Positions 13,868-27,812 are shown, counted from the stretch's first letter. The stretch is DNA of 64,000 nt from Eledone cirrhosa (GCA_964016885.1 OZ024762.1:7006001-7070000); one strand, 5' to 3'. The notes: generated by a model from the letters alone, not told the origin. Made by a program: numbers and translations.

Positions 13868-14343
13868 TGAAATCAATCGCTCTCCGACAGGTTTGCGGTT
13901 GTGCCCTTGGCAATGGGGACTTCTGGTGTCCTTGGCCCTAGGGCTACCTCCCTACTCACCACCATAGGCGCTGAGCTGGCCAGCCACAGGTGCGAGCCTC
14001 GCGAGATGGAATGGCTCTTCCAGCGCAGCGCATTTCCCTTACCATCCTCCGGAGAAACGCCTTCACCATTCTGTCCGCCGGGGCTGTGGGGGGGGGGGCC
14101 AACACGCGGGACCCCCATTTGCTCACAATACACAGAGATGGGGAGTGCGAAAGAGATGGAGGCGTTGACTGTGGGAGTTCTATAGAAGCTAATGAGGAAC
14201 AAACAGTCTTAAAACAGAAACAAAACGCCAGATATGATATACAATTGATATTTTACTGAGTTATACTTCTTAATAAGCAATACAAACATTGATCTACCCG
14301 AGTTTGCCAAAATAAAATTAAAAAAAAAAAAAAAAAAAAAAAA
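13868..14343 (+). mobile_element. 3' end of a CRE-like non-LTR retrotransposon (restriction-like endonuclease C-terminus)
   Basis: QSLSDRFAVVPLAMGTSGVLGPRATSLLTTIGAELASHRCEPREMEWLFQR then ISLTILRRNAFTILSAG, with a frameshift at the CAGCG duplication (~14021). Fits P.A.E..G..G..A...QRIS.....NA. AATAAA (~14310) and poly(A) at 14319-14343. Confidence 0.75.
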
Positions 14344-14554
14344 GCTTCATCCAACCTGCAACGGAGCGAGATCGAACCTCGACTCTGGGACGAAACATTG
14401 TCAGCGAATAAAGATTTTTAATGTATTAAAGGCTTCTTTGTTGATTTATATAATTTTTTCGGCTCTGTTTGATAACATTGAGCTATCCCTTGTACTGTCA
14501 TTTCTCTAATGCGATGAGTGTGTTTGACTCTAATGCACTCAAGTGCTTTTATCT

Positions 14555-14581
<27 letters not shown>

Positions 14582-14585
<4 letters not shown>

Positions 14586-14768
14586 TTAATATAGATGAGA
14601 TTCTACAGGACTAGAACTGTTTCATTCATTAGAAATCATCTGATGATTTCTAATGAATGAAACAGTTCTAGTCCTGTAGAATCTCATCTATATTAAAACT
14701 GTTATACTCTGCTATGTATTGAGTACCTTACTTACTGTGGTTACCTCCGATTCAACCCGGAATAACGT
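14582..14768 (+). mobile_element. Fold-back HHR element, family D
   Basis: ~58-bp inverted arms centred near 14640. The + arm has CTGATGA...GAAACAG-TTCTAGTC-CTGT-A but has lost the 5' strand of stem I. Flanked by (TA)n. Homologous to 17168-17351, 35155-35351 and 39801-39877. Confidence 0.8.
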
Positions 14769-14769
14769 A

Positions 14770-14868
<99 letters not shown>

Positions 14869-14915
14869 TAAATCATGTCCTTAGAATTATTAGATAAAAT
14901 ATATACTATTTCCTC

Positions 14916-14954
<39 letters not shown>

Positions 14955-15699
14955 AACCAGTAAGACCCCGACAGCTGAGCTCAAGCCGTATCGACAGCTA
15001 ATTCTGGACTCAATTCTGCGTCCAGAATTAGCCGTCGATACGGCTTGAGCTCAGCTGTCGGGGTCTTACTGGTTCCTATTACCCACTCTACTACCTCAAG
15101 TATTGAGTACTTTGGTGCGTTATGGTCCACCTGGTTCCTTACCACATTTCCTTCGTTATATATATATATATATATATATATAACGAAGGAAGAGTGGTAA
15201 GGAACCAGATGGGTCATAACGCACCAGAGTACTCAATAGTTAGGGTATATATATATATATATATATATACTGTATTGAACCTGCAACGGCGCGAGATCGA
15301 ACCTCGACTCTGAAACAAATGTCCAGGAAGCCAACTTGTTAACCACACAACTGCCATTGCTTGCGTCTAAATGCAATTATTTTGGGTGGATTTTAAGTAA
15401 ATTGGCATCAGATTTAATGAAATCGGTCGCGGCGGATGTGAGTCCGGATGTGTGTGTCGGTCAGAGTGAGGTTGTTAGTGTGGAGAGATAGAGAGAGAGA
15501 TAGGTGATAGATAGAGAGAGAGAGGTAGGTGATAGATAGAGAGAGAGATAGGTGATAGATAGAGAGAGAGATAGGTGATAGATAGAGAGAGAGATAGGTG
15601 ATAGATAGAGAGAGAGAGATAGGTGATAGATAGTAAGTGACGTAGAGATATAGGGAGAGTCGATAGTAAGTGAATTTGAGATAGAAAAAGGATAGGTAG

Positions 15700-15746
<47 letters not shown>

Positions 15747-15950
15747 ATATACATGTATATATATATATATAATTTACATATATACATGTATATATATATA
15801 TAATTTACATATAAATATACATATATGTATATATATATAATTTACATATAAATATACATATATATATAATTTACATATAAATATACATATATATATATAT
15901 AATTTACATATAAATATACATATATATATATATATAATTTACATATAAAT

Positions 15951-15981
<31 letters not shown>

Positions 15982-16130
15982 ATTTACATATAAATATACA
16001 TATATATATATAATTTACATATAAATATACATATATATATATATATATAATTTACATATAAATATACATATATATATATATATATATAATTTACATATAT
16101 ATATACATATATATATACATATATATATAC

Positions 16131-16171
<41 letters not shown>

Positions 16172-16268
16172 CATATACATATATATGCATATATATAAAT
16201 ATATACATACACACACACACACATATATATAAATATATACACACACACACACACACATATATAAATAT

Positions 16269-16299
<31 letters not shown>

Positions 16300-16392
16300 C
16301 ATATACATATATATGCATATATATAAATATATACATACACACACACACACATATATATAAATATACACACACACACACACACACATATATAA

Positions 16393-16429
<37 letters not shown>

Positions 16430-16451
16430 AATATACACACACACACACACA

Positions 16452-16503
<52 letters not shown>

Positions 16504-16746
16504 TGATAAATAGAGAGAGAGAGAGAGAGAGAGTTAATAGATAATAAGTGAATTTGAGACAGCGAGCGAGAGAGAAAGTGAGAGATTGAACTGTACACAA
16601 AAGCATTTCCTGCCTCAGATTGTTACAGTAAAAGGTTTATCAACGCCATTTTTCTATACTTATTTATGTTTGTATTTATTGCTTGTTTTCATTTTATTTT
16701 GACGTCATTTAGTGATGGATTTTGTGTCGTCTGCTGCTTTTATATA

Positions 16747-16804
<58 letters not shown>

Positions 16805-16911
16805 GTTATATATATATATATATATTATATATATATATGTTATATATATATATATATATGTTATATATATATATATATATATATGTTATATATATATATA
16901 TATATATATGT

Positions 16912-16949
<38 letters not shown>

Positions 16950-17115
16950 ATATATTATATATATATATATGTTATATATATATATATGTTATATATATAT
17001 ATGTTATATATATATATATATTATATACGATATTAAATAAATATATATATATTATATATATATATGTTATATATATATATATATGTTATATATATATATT
17101 ATATATATATATATG

Positions 17116-17167
<52 letters not shown>

Positions 17168-17170
<3 letters not shown>

Positions 17171-17351
17171 AAATTGCTTCTACGGGACTAGAACTGTTTC
17201 ATTCAGGAGAAATCATCAAGAATGATGATTTCTCCCGAATTAAACAGTTCTAGTCCTGAGAAGCCATTTCTATATTTAATATTTATACTCTGCTATGTAT
17301 TGAGTACCTTACTTACTGTGGTTAACCCCGATTGAACCCGCGGGATAAACT
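17168..17351 (+). mobile_element. Fold-back HHR element, family D (diverged copy)
   Basis: Same layout as 14582-14768. The stem II loop changes TAAT to TCCT/TCCC while the TTC/GAA stem is kept. The core is partly mutated. Confidence 0.7.
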
Positions 17352-17417
17352 TATATATGTATATATGCAGAGGTTATATTTAATTTGTTGTGATTCAACA
17401 AGCTTAAAACAAATCTG

Positions 17418-17483
17418 TATTTTATCTGATGAAAGCGCACCATAATTTACCTTGGTCGCCATTGAAATATATATAATAAAATA
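17418..17483 (+). ncRNA. Type I hammerhead ribozyme, family A copy
   Basis: TATTTTAT-CTGATGA...GAA-ATATATAT-A-ATAAAATA, joined to an antisense piece of the element's own 3' end (17366-17410). Confidence 0.7.
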
Positions 17484-17521
17484 ATTATGGTTTTATAAAT
17501 ATAGTTTCCATTTATTAATAT

Positions 17522-17579
<58 letters not shown>

Positions 17580-17754
17580 GTAGAATTATCCAAGTTATAG
17601 AGCAACTCAAGTTCCTAGCGCGAGTTTTAATATAATTATTAAGGCCAGTTCTACAACTAAGTCATACCTAGCATAGGAAGAAAAAGTTGGTTTTCCTGGT
17701 CAATGGAGCATACGTCCCTGGTAAGGCCCCGTTGTAGAAACTGGCCTTAATATT

Positions 17755-17795
<41 letters not shown>

Positions 17796-17985
17796 GGGGT
17801 ATATATACATATGGTATGTGTATTTAGTGTATATGCAATAATATATTTAATGTATATATAAAACCGTATTACGATTATTTATTATTAAGTACAGGTTAAA
17901 AATTTTACGACCAGATCATTCTTTATATATATATATATATATATACATATATATACATATATATATATACATATACATATATATG

Positions 17986-18020
<35 letters not shown>

Positions 18021-18194
18021 GATGCCAATAAAAACACACGCACCCGTTAGTTTTCACTTCAATTTAATATAAACTCCCAGTTGGTTGGTTTAATGACCGG
18101 ATGGTTGTTTATTTGTTCATTGTCAAAGCTCTTTCGTAACACGTACTGTGCCCTTCCCAGTGACTAATTTGTTATTTTGTGTCCCTCCCTTGTT

Positions 18195-18260
<66 letters not shown>

Positions 18261-18874
18261 ATTGTGATAAAAGACTGTAATATTAGAGTATTTTGTTGTC
18301 TTCTGAATTAACATCCAAGGGATTTTGGAATGTATTGAAGCCACTCTAACCACTAAACTACACTACCATGCATTTCATTGTATTACGTTGCATAACATTG
18401 TCCTTCAATGCATGGCACTGAACCGCATTTCCTCGCTCTGTTGGGCTTTGCTCTCTCTCTCTCTCTCTCTCTCTCTCTAAAATTATATAAAACACAGGCT
18501 GTGTCTTATATAATTTTGAAGAAATTACATATAAATTTGAGCGACTTCCGTCCGTTTACCAATGTGTGTGTGTGAAAGGGAGGAAAGGGATGGTGGAAAA
18601 ACTATGGCAAATCAGCGGTTGACGTTCCATTTGCTATTCTGTGTGCGGGTGTATGTGTGTGTTTGTGTGAATGTATGTCTGTGAGTCTGTATTTTTGTAA
18701 GTGTGTCTGTGTTTGCGCGTTTATATTTATATACTCATACATATAAATGTATGCACACACACACACGCGCGCGCGCATACGCACCGCACACACGTATCAG
18801 CCCGTTGAAAAAGTTTCTAGTAAATAGAATTTGAAGAAATTTAGTAATATAACTTTCTCCTTATTCAAGTTTAA

Positions 18875-19218
18875 TATTTCTAGAGAAATATAAACACTTT
18901 AACCCTTTCGTTACCATATTTCTAGAGAAATATAAACACTTTAACCCTTTCGTTACCATATTTCTAGAGAAATATAAACACTTTAACCCTTTCGTTACCA
19001 TATTTCTAGAGAAATATAAACACTTTAACCCTTTCGTTACCATATTTCTAGAGAAATATAAACACTTTAACCCTTTCGTTACCATATTTCTAGAGAAATA
19101 TAAACACTTTAACCCTATCGTTACCATATTTCTAGAGAAATATAAACATTTTAACCCTTTCGTTACCATATTTCTAGAGAAATAAACACTTTAACCCTTT
19201 CGTTACCATATTTCTAGA
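18875..19218. repeat. 42-bp minisatellite, ~8 copies
   Basis: CTAGAGAAATATAAACACTTTAACCCTTTCGTTACCATATTT, nearly invariant. Confidence 0.95.
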
Positions 19219-19639
19219 ATCATTAGGTAGAATGTCAGACAAACAAATTGCTTTGCAATATTTACCTTACGGTTCTTTATGTTCTGGGTTAAAACCCTGT
19301 CGAAGTCAACTTTAACCATTCTTCTGGGGATCAATGCAATAAAGTACCAGTAATGCACTGGGGCCAGCATAATCGACTTTCCCCTTTCTCCTAACTTATT
19401 TAGGGTAGTGGATTGACAAAATTGGTAGAGCGTCGGATGAAAATACCATTGATGTCTTTGTTGTGGTTCTATAGATTCTGAGGTGAAGTCCCGGGGAGGT
19501 CACTTTTACCTTTTATCCTTGGGGTGGGGCATAAAATAAAGTCCCAGTCGATATAGGGTAATACATATATTGGCCATGTTTACACGACTACACACTCAAT
19601 GTGTAAATTTATATACATATTTATATACTGTGAGTTACC

Positions 19640-19671
<32 letters not shown>

Positions 19672-19968
19672 ACAGACACACACAGACACAGACACACACA
19701 CACAGACACACACACACAGACACAGACACACACACACAGACACACAGACACACACAGACACATACACACAGACACACACACATAGACACACACACACACA
19801 GACACACACACACACACACATACATACATACATACATATACGCACACACACACACACACATACATACATACATATACGCACACACACACACACAATTATA
19901 TATGTGCGTTTGATTAACGCAGTCAGACGTTTGCTGGGTGCAGCGGTTTAAAATGTATCTATTTCGGC

Positions 19969-20014
<46 letters not shown>

Positions 20015-20044
20015 TTAACGCTGCCAGACGTAAATATAGTTGTT

Positions 20045-20079
<35 letters not shown>

Positions 20080-20404
20080 CATATCTATTTCTTTAAAGCA
20101 AATGTAATTCATTTTCCACACAAAGCATGTTCTAATGTTTTAGTCAGAAGCCAGCCAGATTGAAGAAGAAATTCCATCCCAATTTCAAAAACATGCTGCC
20201 ATCTTAGTTAATATATCTTTGAATAAACCATCCCACTTTATATATCTCTATGCTATCGGAGATCAAATGTCTCGTTGCTTTAGCTTCTTCAAATAAATTT
20301 TCTTCCCAAACGAGGCCTGTAAATACATATTCATCTATTCATGCAGTTGTGTGATAAAGAAAAGGGGGCAATATAACATAAGATTAAGAACTGCACGTTA
20401 AAAT

Positions 20405-20765
20405 AATTGTTTCTACGTTAGGCACAAGGCCAGCAATTACCCAGTGCATTACTGGTACTTTATTTTATCGACCCCGTAAGGATGAAAGGCAAAGTCAACC
20501 TCGGCGGGATTTGAACTCAGATCGTAAAGGGACGTAACTATGCTGGAAAGCATGGCGTCCGACCCTCTACCGATACTGCCAACGTTAAAATAATGGTGTC
20601 TGATTTAGAATTTAGGTACATAGTTAACAATTTGGGTGTGTGTGGGGGGGGGGGTCAATTAGATCGACAACAGTGCATTACTGGTGCTTTATTTTATCGA
20701 CGGGATTTGAACTCAGAACGTAAAGGGGCGTAACTGTATGCCGTAAAGCATGTTGTCCGATGCCC
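20405..20765 (-). mobile_element. Two dominant-family SINEs
   Basis: 20405-20582 and 20595-20765 match the 25430-25620 consensus. Confidence 0.85.
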
Positions 20766-21099
20766 CACCACCCTCCTGCACTTTCAAATAATTATTGGCC
20801 TTGAGTATGATATGACCCCGGAGTACAGCCCATGTCCGCCTAAGTAAACTTGTACCATGTCATTCATCAAAATCTGCACCTCACACATATATTTCAATTT
20901 CTAATGACGTCAGACGTTATATCCTATATAAGACCCTTTATTCATTTATTTCATCAATTTCCTCCTCTTTTTGAGACAAACGACGTTTAATTACATTGAT
21001 TCCCCAAGTCATCATTTGAACACAAACGACGAGAACAACAGGCGCTGGCAAATCGGAGTAAAACCGACACAAATGGAAACATCTCATTATCATCAGCTG

Positions 21100-21389
21100 A
21101 CCGCTGGGGTTCAACATAATTTGCGTTCATTTCATGGACAGGATTGATTACCCTTGTGAACCACAGGCTAATAGAAATTAGTTTCTGGAGATTATCAGGT
21201 CTATCATATCGGTATATGAGACCCAGGGTGTACACAGAGCTGGATAAGATCGGTGGATAACATCAATGAGCTCGGCTGGTCACGTTTGGGGATCTAGCTG
21301 GATCAATTGGGGAATGTTGCTTTTGACAGGACCCGTTGGAAGGAGTGTTTGAGGACTCTTCCCCCACGGCCCTCTCATGAATAAGTAGG

Positions 21390-21390
<1 letters not shown>
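21100..21390 (+). mobile_element. Degenerate RTE-like LINE 3' remnant
   Basis: One frame reads WIRSVDNINELGWSRLGI*LDQLGNVAFDRTRWKECLRTLPPRPS, ending in the A.DR..W motif; contains stops. Confidence 0.45.
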
Positions 21391-21449
<59 letters not shown>

Positions 21450-23065
21450 AGAGAGAGAGAGAGAGAGAGGGGGGGGATATATGGCGGTGAACGATAAATG
21501 TGAGGAGCTATCATTGTCGGCATTAACTTAACTCAGTAAAATCTTCAGCTATATTTCATTTACTGGTATCCAACTTCAGGTTTTGTTTGTTTGTCGAAAG
21601 CCTGTAACAGTCGGCTAGAAGAAAAACCATGTCAGTTATTCCAGCTAAAATAGCGAATTTAAAAAGGAAAACAAATATATATAATGGTGATCAGCAAGCA
21701 GATGCAACAGAATGGATATGATTTGACGACAGAGAAAAAAATACGTGTAACAATAAACAAAATATCAACACGAACAACTCGAGTATCATGTTGCTTCTTT
21801 CTCCCTCTCTATATCTCTGTCAATACTGTAGTTAGTTATCCTTTCCCCGTGAACTCATATAGACCTTCCATCTGTTGTTAACAACCCCCCCCCCCCCTCC
21901 TCTTCTTCCCTAACACCACCATCATAAACTAGTTAAACCTTGTTAGTATTCTAGTTGAGTGAAAACCTTCGCCATATTAAACAGCCGATATTGTGACATC
22001 GATGAAAACCTCTTTTTTTTGCTTTTTCTCGTAGTGTCTTCTTGCTTAGTTTCGGATTGTTGTTGAACAAATTTAATTTTGAAAAATATACTGTCCCCAT
22101 TATATTTCGGTGAAAGATGGGAGTAACCGTTTTTTTTTTTTTTTTTTTTTTTACATTTCTTTATCTTGTCTTAGACAAGTTTATATTAAACATAGATTGG
22201 TTGTTACTGGAATCAGGTCTATCAGATCGATGAAGATCTGCAATAAAAACATTTTAAAGTGAAATTTCTTCATCTCATACATAATTGTTTCTATTTTAGG
22301 CACAAGGCCAGCAATTACCCAATACATTACTGGTACTTTATTTTATAAAATACATATTTTATAAAATACATATTCATCTATTCATGCAGTTGTGTGATAA
22401 AGAAAAGGGGGCAATATAACATAAGATTAAGAACTGCACGTTAAAATAATTGTTTCTACTTTAGGCACAAGGCCTTACTGGTACTTTATTTTATCGACCC
22501 CGTAAGGATGAAAGGCAAAGTTAACCTCGGCAGGATTTGAACTCAGATCGTAAAGGGACGTAACTATGCTGGAAAGCATGTCCGACCCTCTACCGATACA
22601 TAATATATACACTTTACTATAACACACAGTGCTCATATTGAGGTGAACTTCAGTGATCAACAAAATTAGTGAATATTGTATTTATCTGTATTTATGTGTG
22701 TTTATGCATGTGTGCGTGCGCGTATATATATATATATATATAGGAAAAAGTTTAACCCCGTCGGCAGAGCTCAAGCCGTTGCGACGGCTCTTTCTGAACT
22801 TCGTTATATATATATATATTTCATCCTTACGGAGTCAATAAAATAAAGTACCAGTAATGTACTGGGTAATTGCTGGCCTTGTGCCAATAGTAGAAACAGT
22901 TATATATATATATATTATGTGTGTGTGTGTGTGTGTATAATTGCAAACGAATCGAATATTATTATTAATATTCGAAAAGCTTAGATTACATTTATTGTAT
23001 TCAGCCATGTAGAGCGATAACTAGTTGTTAGTTATATATATTTATATTTATACATATTCATACAC

Positions 23066-23195
23066 AGTGGAACCTCCGTTCACGAATGCCTCTCATTACA
23101 AACAAGTCGTTTCACGTACAATTTTTCCGAACAAAAACGTTTCGGAAGACGAAAGGCTTTCAGGAACAAATTAAGTTCAAGAACCGAGGTTCTAG
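23066..23195. mobile_element. Tigger/pogo-like MITE remnant
   Basis: CAGTGGAACCTCCGTTC...GAACCGAGGTTC termini; related left end at ~61273. Confidence 0.55.
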
Positions 23196-23269
23196 AGATG
23201 TCAACATGAATGGACCTATTATTTTTTATCTAAAGACATTTTTTCCAATTCCATCCAGCCCGTCCCCTT

Positions 23270-23416
23270 AATCTATTTTATTTCTCATTCTTTCTTCTGA
23301 TGAAAGACTGGCGTCCGAAACGTTATGACCCTCTTTCTGCTATATCAAGCGTTAACCTAATATATACCTTCCATATACTGTACCGATTGTGTTGTTATTT
23401 CTTTTTACCTTTTACA

Positions 23417-23418
<2 letters not shown>
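23270..23418 (+). mobile_element. HHR-bearing repeat, family L (decayed copies at ~32030-32135 and ~43255-43375)
   Basis: CTGATGA-AAGAC TGGC GTCC-GAA-ACGT-T at 23297-23324. Homologue CTAATGA-AGGAC TATC GTCC-GAAACGTTAAGA at ~32036. Shared downstream TCAAGCGTTAAACTAATA. Confidence 0.6.
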
Positions 23419-23497
<79 letters not shown>

Positions 23498-23877
23498 CCA
23501 GGTCTCAGATGGAGGATGGGTGCTACACGAGAATGCTGAGGATGGCTCTGAACATTAATCAGTATACACTGACGATGAAAAACTCACAGCTGTATGGGAG
23601 CCTCCCAAAAGTCAGCTCAAAAGTGACACAGAGGAGACTGAGGTTAGCTGGACATGCTCACCGACATCCAGAGTTGACATTGCACTCAGTGCTCCTGTGG
23701 GGGCCCCTACATGGACACACTGGAAGAGGAACACCAAGGTTAACGTATGTTGATGCCCTAAGGACAGACACTGGTCTGTTGGAGACACAGGACATGGCAG
23801 CGATAATGAGGGACAGAGACCGCTGGAGAGATCTCGTCCATGGATCTCGGGAATTTTACCCGCCCTAGAAAAAAAAT
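23498..23877 (+). mobile_element. RTE-type LINE 3' fragment
   Basis: DGCYTRMLRMALNI...RRLRLAGHAHRH...GRGTPRLTYVD...DRDRWR is a typical RTE/RTE-X ORF C-terminus; short A tail. Confidence 0.85.
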
Positions 23878-23890
23878 ATATATATATATA

Positions 23891-24196
23891 TGCAGAGGTT
23901 ATATTTAATTTGTTGGGATTCAACAAGCTTTAAAAAATGTTATAACTGATATAAAGCACTCAACAAATTAGTGAAGTAAATACACAATATATTAATAAAT
24001 GGAAACTATATTTATAAAACCATATTTATTTTATTATATATATTTTTCAAGGGCAACCAAGGCAAATTATGGTGCGCTTTCATCAGTATTTTATCTGATG
24101 AAAGCGCACCATAATTTGCCTTGGTTGTCCTTGAAATATATATAATAAAATAAATATGGTTTTATAAATATAGTTTCCATTTATTAATATATTGTA
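23891..24196 (-). mobile_element. Fold-back HHR element, family A
   Basis: ~100-bp inverted arms 23985-24086 and 24095-24195, flanked by (TA)n. Homologues at 17366-17525, 39476-39565 and 43466-43820. Confidence 0.8.
24087..24152 (+). ncRNA. Type I hammerhead ribozyme, family A
   Basis: TATTTTAT-CTGATGA-AAG...CTT-GAA-ATATATAT-A-ATAAAATA: 8-bp stem I, palindromic stem III, AUA site. Confidence 0.78.
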
Positions 24197-25201
24197 TATA
24201 TATATATATACATACATACATGTGTGTATGTGTGTGTGTATATGTCCTTTTACTTTTAGAATATTACCCTATTTATTGATGAAAACAATGTTAAAACAAT
24301 AAACTCAAATAGAGCCATTATACGCACATTTATATATACATTATATACACGCATTATAATACAAAGATTATATAGACACAGGCAAACTGCAACCAACTGT
24401 AACTATGAAGCTGTGTTTGAGGCCACCGTTAGATGTAGTTTAGTAAAAGTATGGGGTGGATGGCCCTGGGTGGGGGTTTGTTGGGTTAGAATAGAAACCC
24501 AACGAATCGTTTGATCCTTAGGTGACCTTCACCAAGCTAAAGGCCCTCAACAATTAGTTGGCTTTTTTTCTTGTGTGTGTATTTGTATATGTGTGTGTGT
24601 TTGTACGTGTGTGTGTGTGTTTGTACGTGTGTGTGTGTGTGTGTGTGTGTGTTTGTATGTATGTATGTGTGTGTGTTTGAATATGTGTGTGTATGTTTGT
24701 GTGTGTGTTTGTATGTATGTGCGTGTATGTTTGTACGTATGTGTGTGTATGTATGTGTGTTTGTATATATGTGTGTGTGTAGGTGTGTTTATATGCATGT
24801 ATGTGTGTGTGTGTATGTATGTTTATATGTATGTATGTTTGTATGTGTATGTATGTATGTATGTGTGTTTATATGTATGTATGTATGTGTGTTTATATGC
24901 ATGTGTGTATGTGTATGTATGTGTGTTTGTATGTATGTATGTATGTTTGTATTTGTGTGTGTGTATGTATGTTTATATATGTGTGTGTGTGTATGTTTAT
25001 TTATATGTATGTATGTTTATGTGTTTGTATGTATGTATGTATGTTTGTATGTGTTTGTGTGTCTGTATGTTTATATGTGTGTGTGTGTGTGTATGTTTAT
25101 TTATATGTATGTATGTATGTATGTTTATGTGTTTGTATGTATGTATGTATGTTTGTATGTGTTTGTGTGTATGTATGTTTATATGTGTGTGTATGTTTAT
25201 T

Positions 25202-25233
<32 letters not shown>

Positions 25234-25429
25234 TGTGTGTGTGTATATATTTGTATGTATATGTATGTGTGTGACATTATTTTATTCTGTTTCATCTTCA
25301 CGTTGTTGTGTGTTGATGCGATTATATAACAACTCCATTATTGAAGTCAGTTTCTAAGAATTAAATTCTAGAATGTTTTTCCCACGTGAAACGGCAATAG
25401 ACGTAGTAGTAGTAATAATAATAATAATA

Positions 25430-25620
25430 ATTGTTTCTACTTTTGGCACAAGACCAGCAAGTACTCAGTAGATTACTGGTACTTTATTTTATCGACCCCG
25501 TAAGGATGAAAGGCAAAGTTAACCTTGGCGGGATTTGAACTCAGAATGGCAAGGGCCGTAACTCTATGCGTCAAAGTATGGCGTCCGACCCTCTACCGAT
25601 ACTGCCAATCCACCGCCCTA
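25430..25620 (-). mobile_element. Dominant tRNA-derived SINE, full-length representative (>25 copies or fragments in the window)
   Basis: - strand A box (TGGCAGTATCGG), B box (GAGTTCAAATCC), central GCCTTTCATCCTTACGGGGTCGATAAAATAAAGTACCAG and a (TTA)n tail. Followed by decayed copies to ~26220. Confidence 0.9.
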
Positions 25621-26819
25621 TTAATATTAATAATAATGTCTACTTTTGGCACAAGACCAGCAAGTACCCAGTAGATTACTGGTACTTTATTTTATCGACC
25701 TCGTAAGGATGAACGGTAAAGTCAACCTCGGCGGGTTTTGAACTCAGAACGTAAAGGGCCGAGCTATACGCTGCAAAGCTCTACAGATGCTGCCAACCCA
25801 GCGCCCTGACAATAATCATAATAAACTCAAATTTAGGCCCACTAATTTTCGAGGAGGGCAAGTTTGGTTATATCTACCACAGTACATTACTGGTACTTTA
25901 TTTTAACGACCTCGGAAGGATAAAAGCTAAATTTTAACTCAAAATGTAAAGCGCAGTAATACATTCACAAAACATTTTATCTGGCGCTCTACCGATTCTG
26001 CCGCCTACTATTGCTACAAATAGTTCTTTCTTGGTCACAAGGGATTACTACAAATAGTTATTTCTTTCTTGGCCACAAGAAAGAAAGAAGATTCACGCAC
26101 AAACAAATAATAATTATGGTTGCCGATTTAGGCTCAAAGCCAACAATTTGGAGGGAGGAGGGAAAATTTGTTTAAATTGACCCCGATACCTTACTGGTAC
26201 TTTATTTTATCGACCTCGAATAATAATATAAATTCATGAATAAACAATTAAATAAACATAATGAACGCGCCCCCCCCCCCCCCATAAAAAGAGGTTTCAT
26301 TGTTGCCGAAACTACGAAACTAACATGAATTTGTCAAAATTAGTCCACCCCCGTCCACCACCACCAATCGAAATCTCCGCCATATTACGATTTGTGAGAC
26401 CCTCAAACCAGGAATCTTACTGAAAATAGCTCTGAGCTGGGAGAAGAACCGACAAAACGTGAGTGATGCAAATGTTTACGTCTTGATAGTAACCGCCATT
26501 TAGAAAAGCGCAAATACATATATATATATATATATATAATATAATATAAAGAGGGATGTATTTAATTATGTCTCATATAAAATAATACAACTGGCTATCC
26601 GCAAAATACGTATAGTTAGCACCCCAAACGTATAATTGGGATTATACTAAGGTATATCCTAATGTTTGTTGAGTGAGACGGAAGTCGGTCGGAGTATTGC
26701 TTAAAGCTTTCTCTGTTAATGTATTAAATATATATATTTGCCCAAGGTTCTTATATATTTGATATATATTTATCCTTATCGAGCCCTCTTTCGATTTTAG
26801 TCTTCAAATTTATTATTAT

Positions 26820-26850
<31 letters not shown>

Positions 26851-26867
26851 AGAGAGTTTAAATCAGA

Positions 26868-26912
<45 letters not shown>

Positions 26913-26916
<4 letters not shown>

Positions 26917-27101
26917 ATTAAAATACTGGAGCGTGTTGGAGTTAAACACCCTCTTCGTATTATAGAAATGACAGTAAAAGGTATAGCTCAATGTAATTAA
27001 ACAGAGCCGAAGAATTATGAAAATAAAACAAAGAAGCCTTCAATACATCAAAAGTCTTTATTAGCCAACAATGTTTCGTCCTATTAAGGACTCATCAGGG
27101 C

Positions 27102-27102
<1 letters not shown>
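26913..27102 (-). mobile_element. HHR-bearing pseudo-LTR fragment, family K
   Basis: - strand CTGATGA-GTCC TTAATA GGAC-GAAACATT followed by AATAAA, in (TA)n. Homologous to 14387-14556 (+), which starts at GGACGAAACATT. Confidence 0.7.
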
Positions 27103-27132
<30 letters not shown>

Positions 27133-27276
27133 TTTAAATCAGTTGATAACACAACCATATAGAGGCCAAGAATATTTCAAAGCTCAAATGTGATTTTATA
27201 GTCCACAGCAAGATAGGTTAAAGACAGTTCAGAGTTTAATCTAATCGGTAAGTTTCCGATCACAGTAGTTTTACAG

Positions 27277-27367
<91 letters not shown>

Positions 27368-27560
27368 CGAAGGAGGTGTGATAAGGAACCAGATGGGCCA
27401 TAACGTACCAGAGTACTCAATACTTAGGGTAGTAGAGTGGGTAATAGGAAAAAGTTTAACCCCGACAGCAGAGCTCAAGCTGTTTCGACGGCTATTTCTG
27501 GACTAAAACAGAAATAGCCGTCGAAACGGCTTGAGCTCTGCCGTCGGGGTTAAACTTTTT

Positions 27561-27602
<42 letters not shown>

Positions 27603-27633
27603 AGAAAATCGGGATTTAGATTAATTTATTTAA

Positions 27634-27708
27634 TTGATTGATGAACGTTTCAATCAATATAACAGGAATATTCATTCCTGTTATATTGATCTCTTCAGAA
27701 TCTATCAA
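27634..27708 (-). ncRNA. Hammerhead ribozyme with 18-bp stem II
   Basis: - strand TTGATAGATT-CTGAAGA-GATCAATATAACAGGAAT GAAT ATTCCTGTTATATTGATT-GAA-ACGT-T-CATCAATCAA; stem I imperfect. Confidence 0.6.
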
Positions 27709-27761
27709 ATAATATTAATATTTACGCACACATAAGCCCTTCATCAGGAGAAAAGTGGGTA

Positions 27762-27812
<51 letters not shown>

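Noticed and set aside
13560-26720. CpG-richer unique patches with ETS-like CGGAAGT motifs (13640-13790, 15420-15470, 18540-18630, 26675-26700)
   Set aside because: Short motifs alone do not support a promoter call, and no adjoining exon could be identified.
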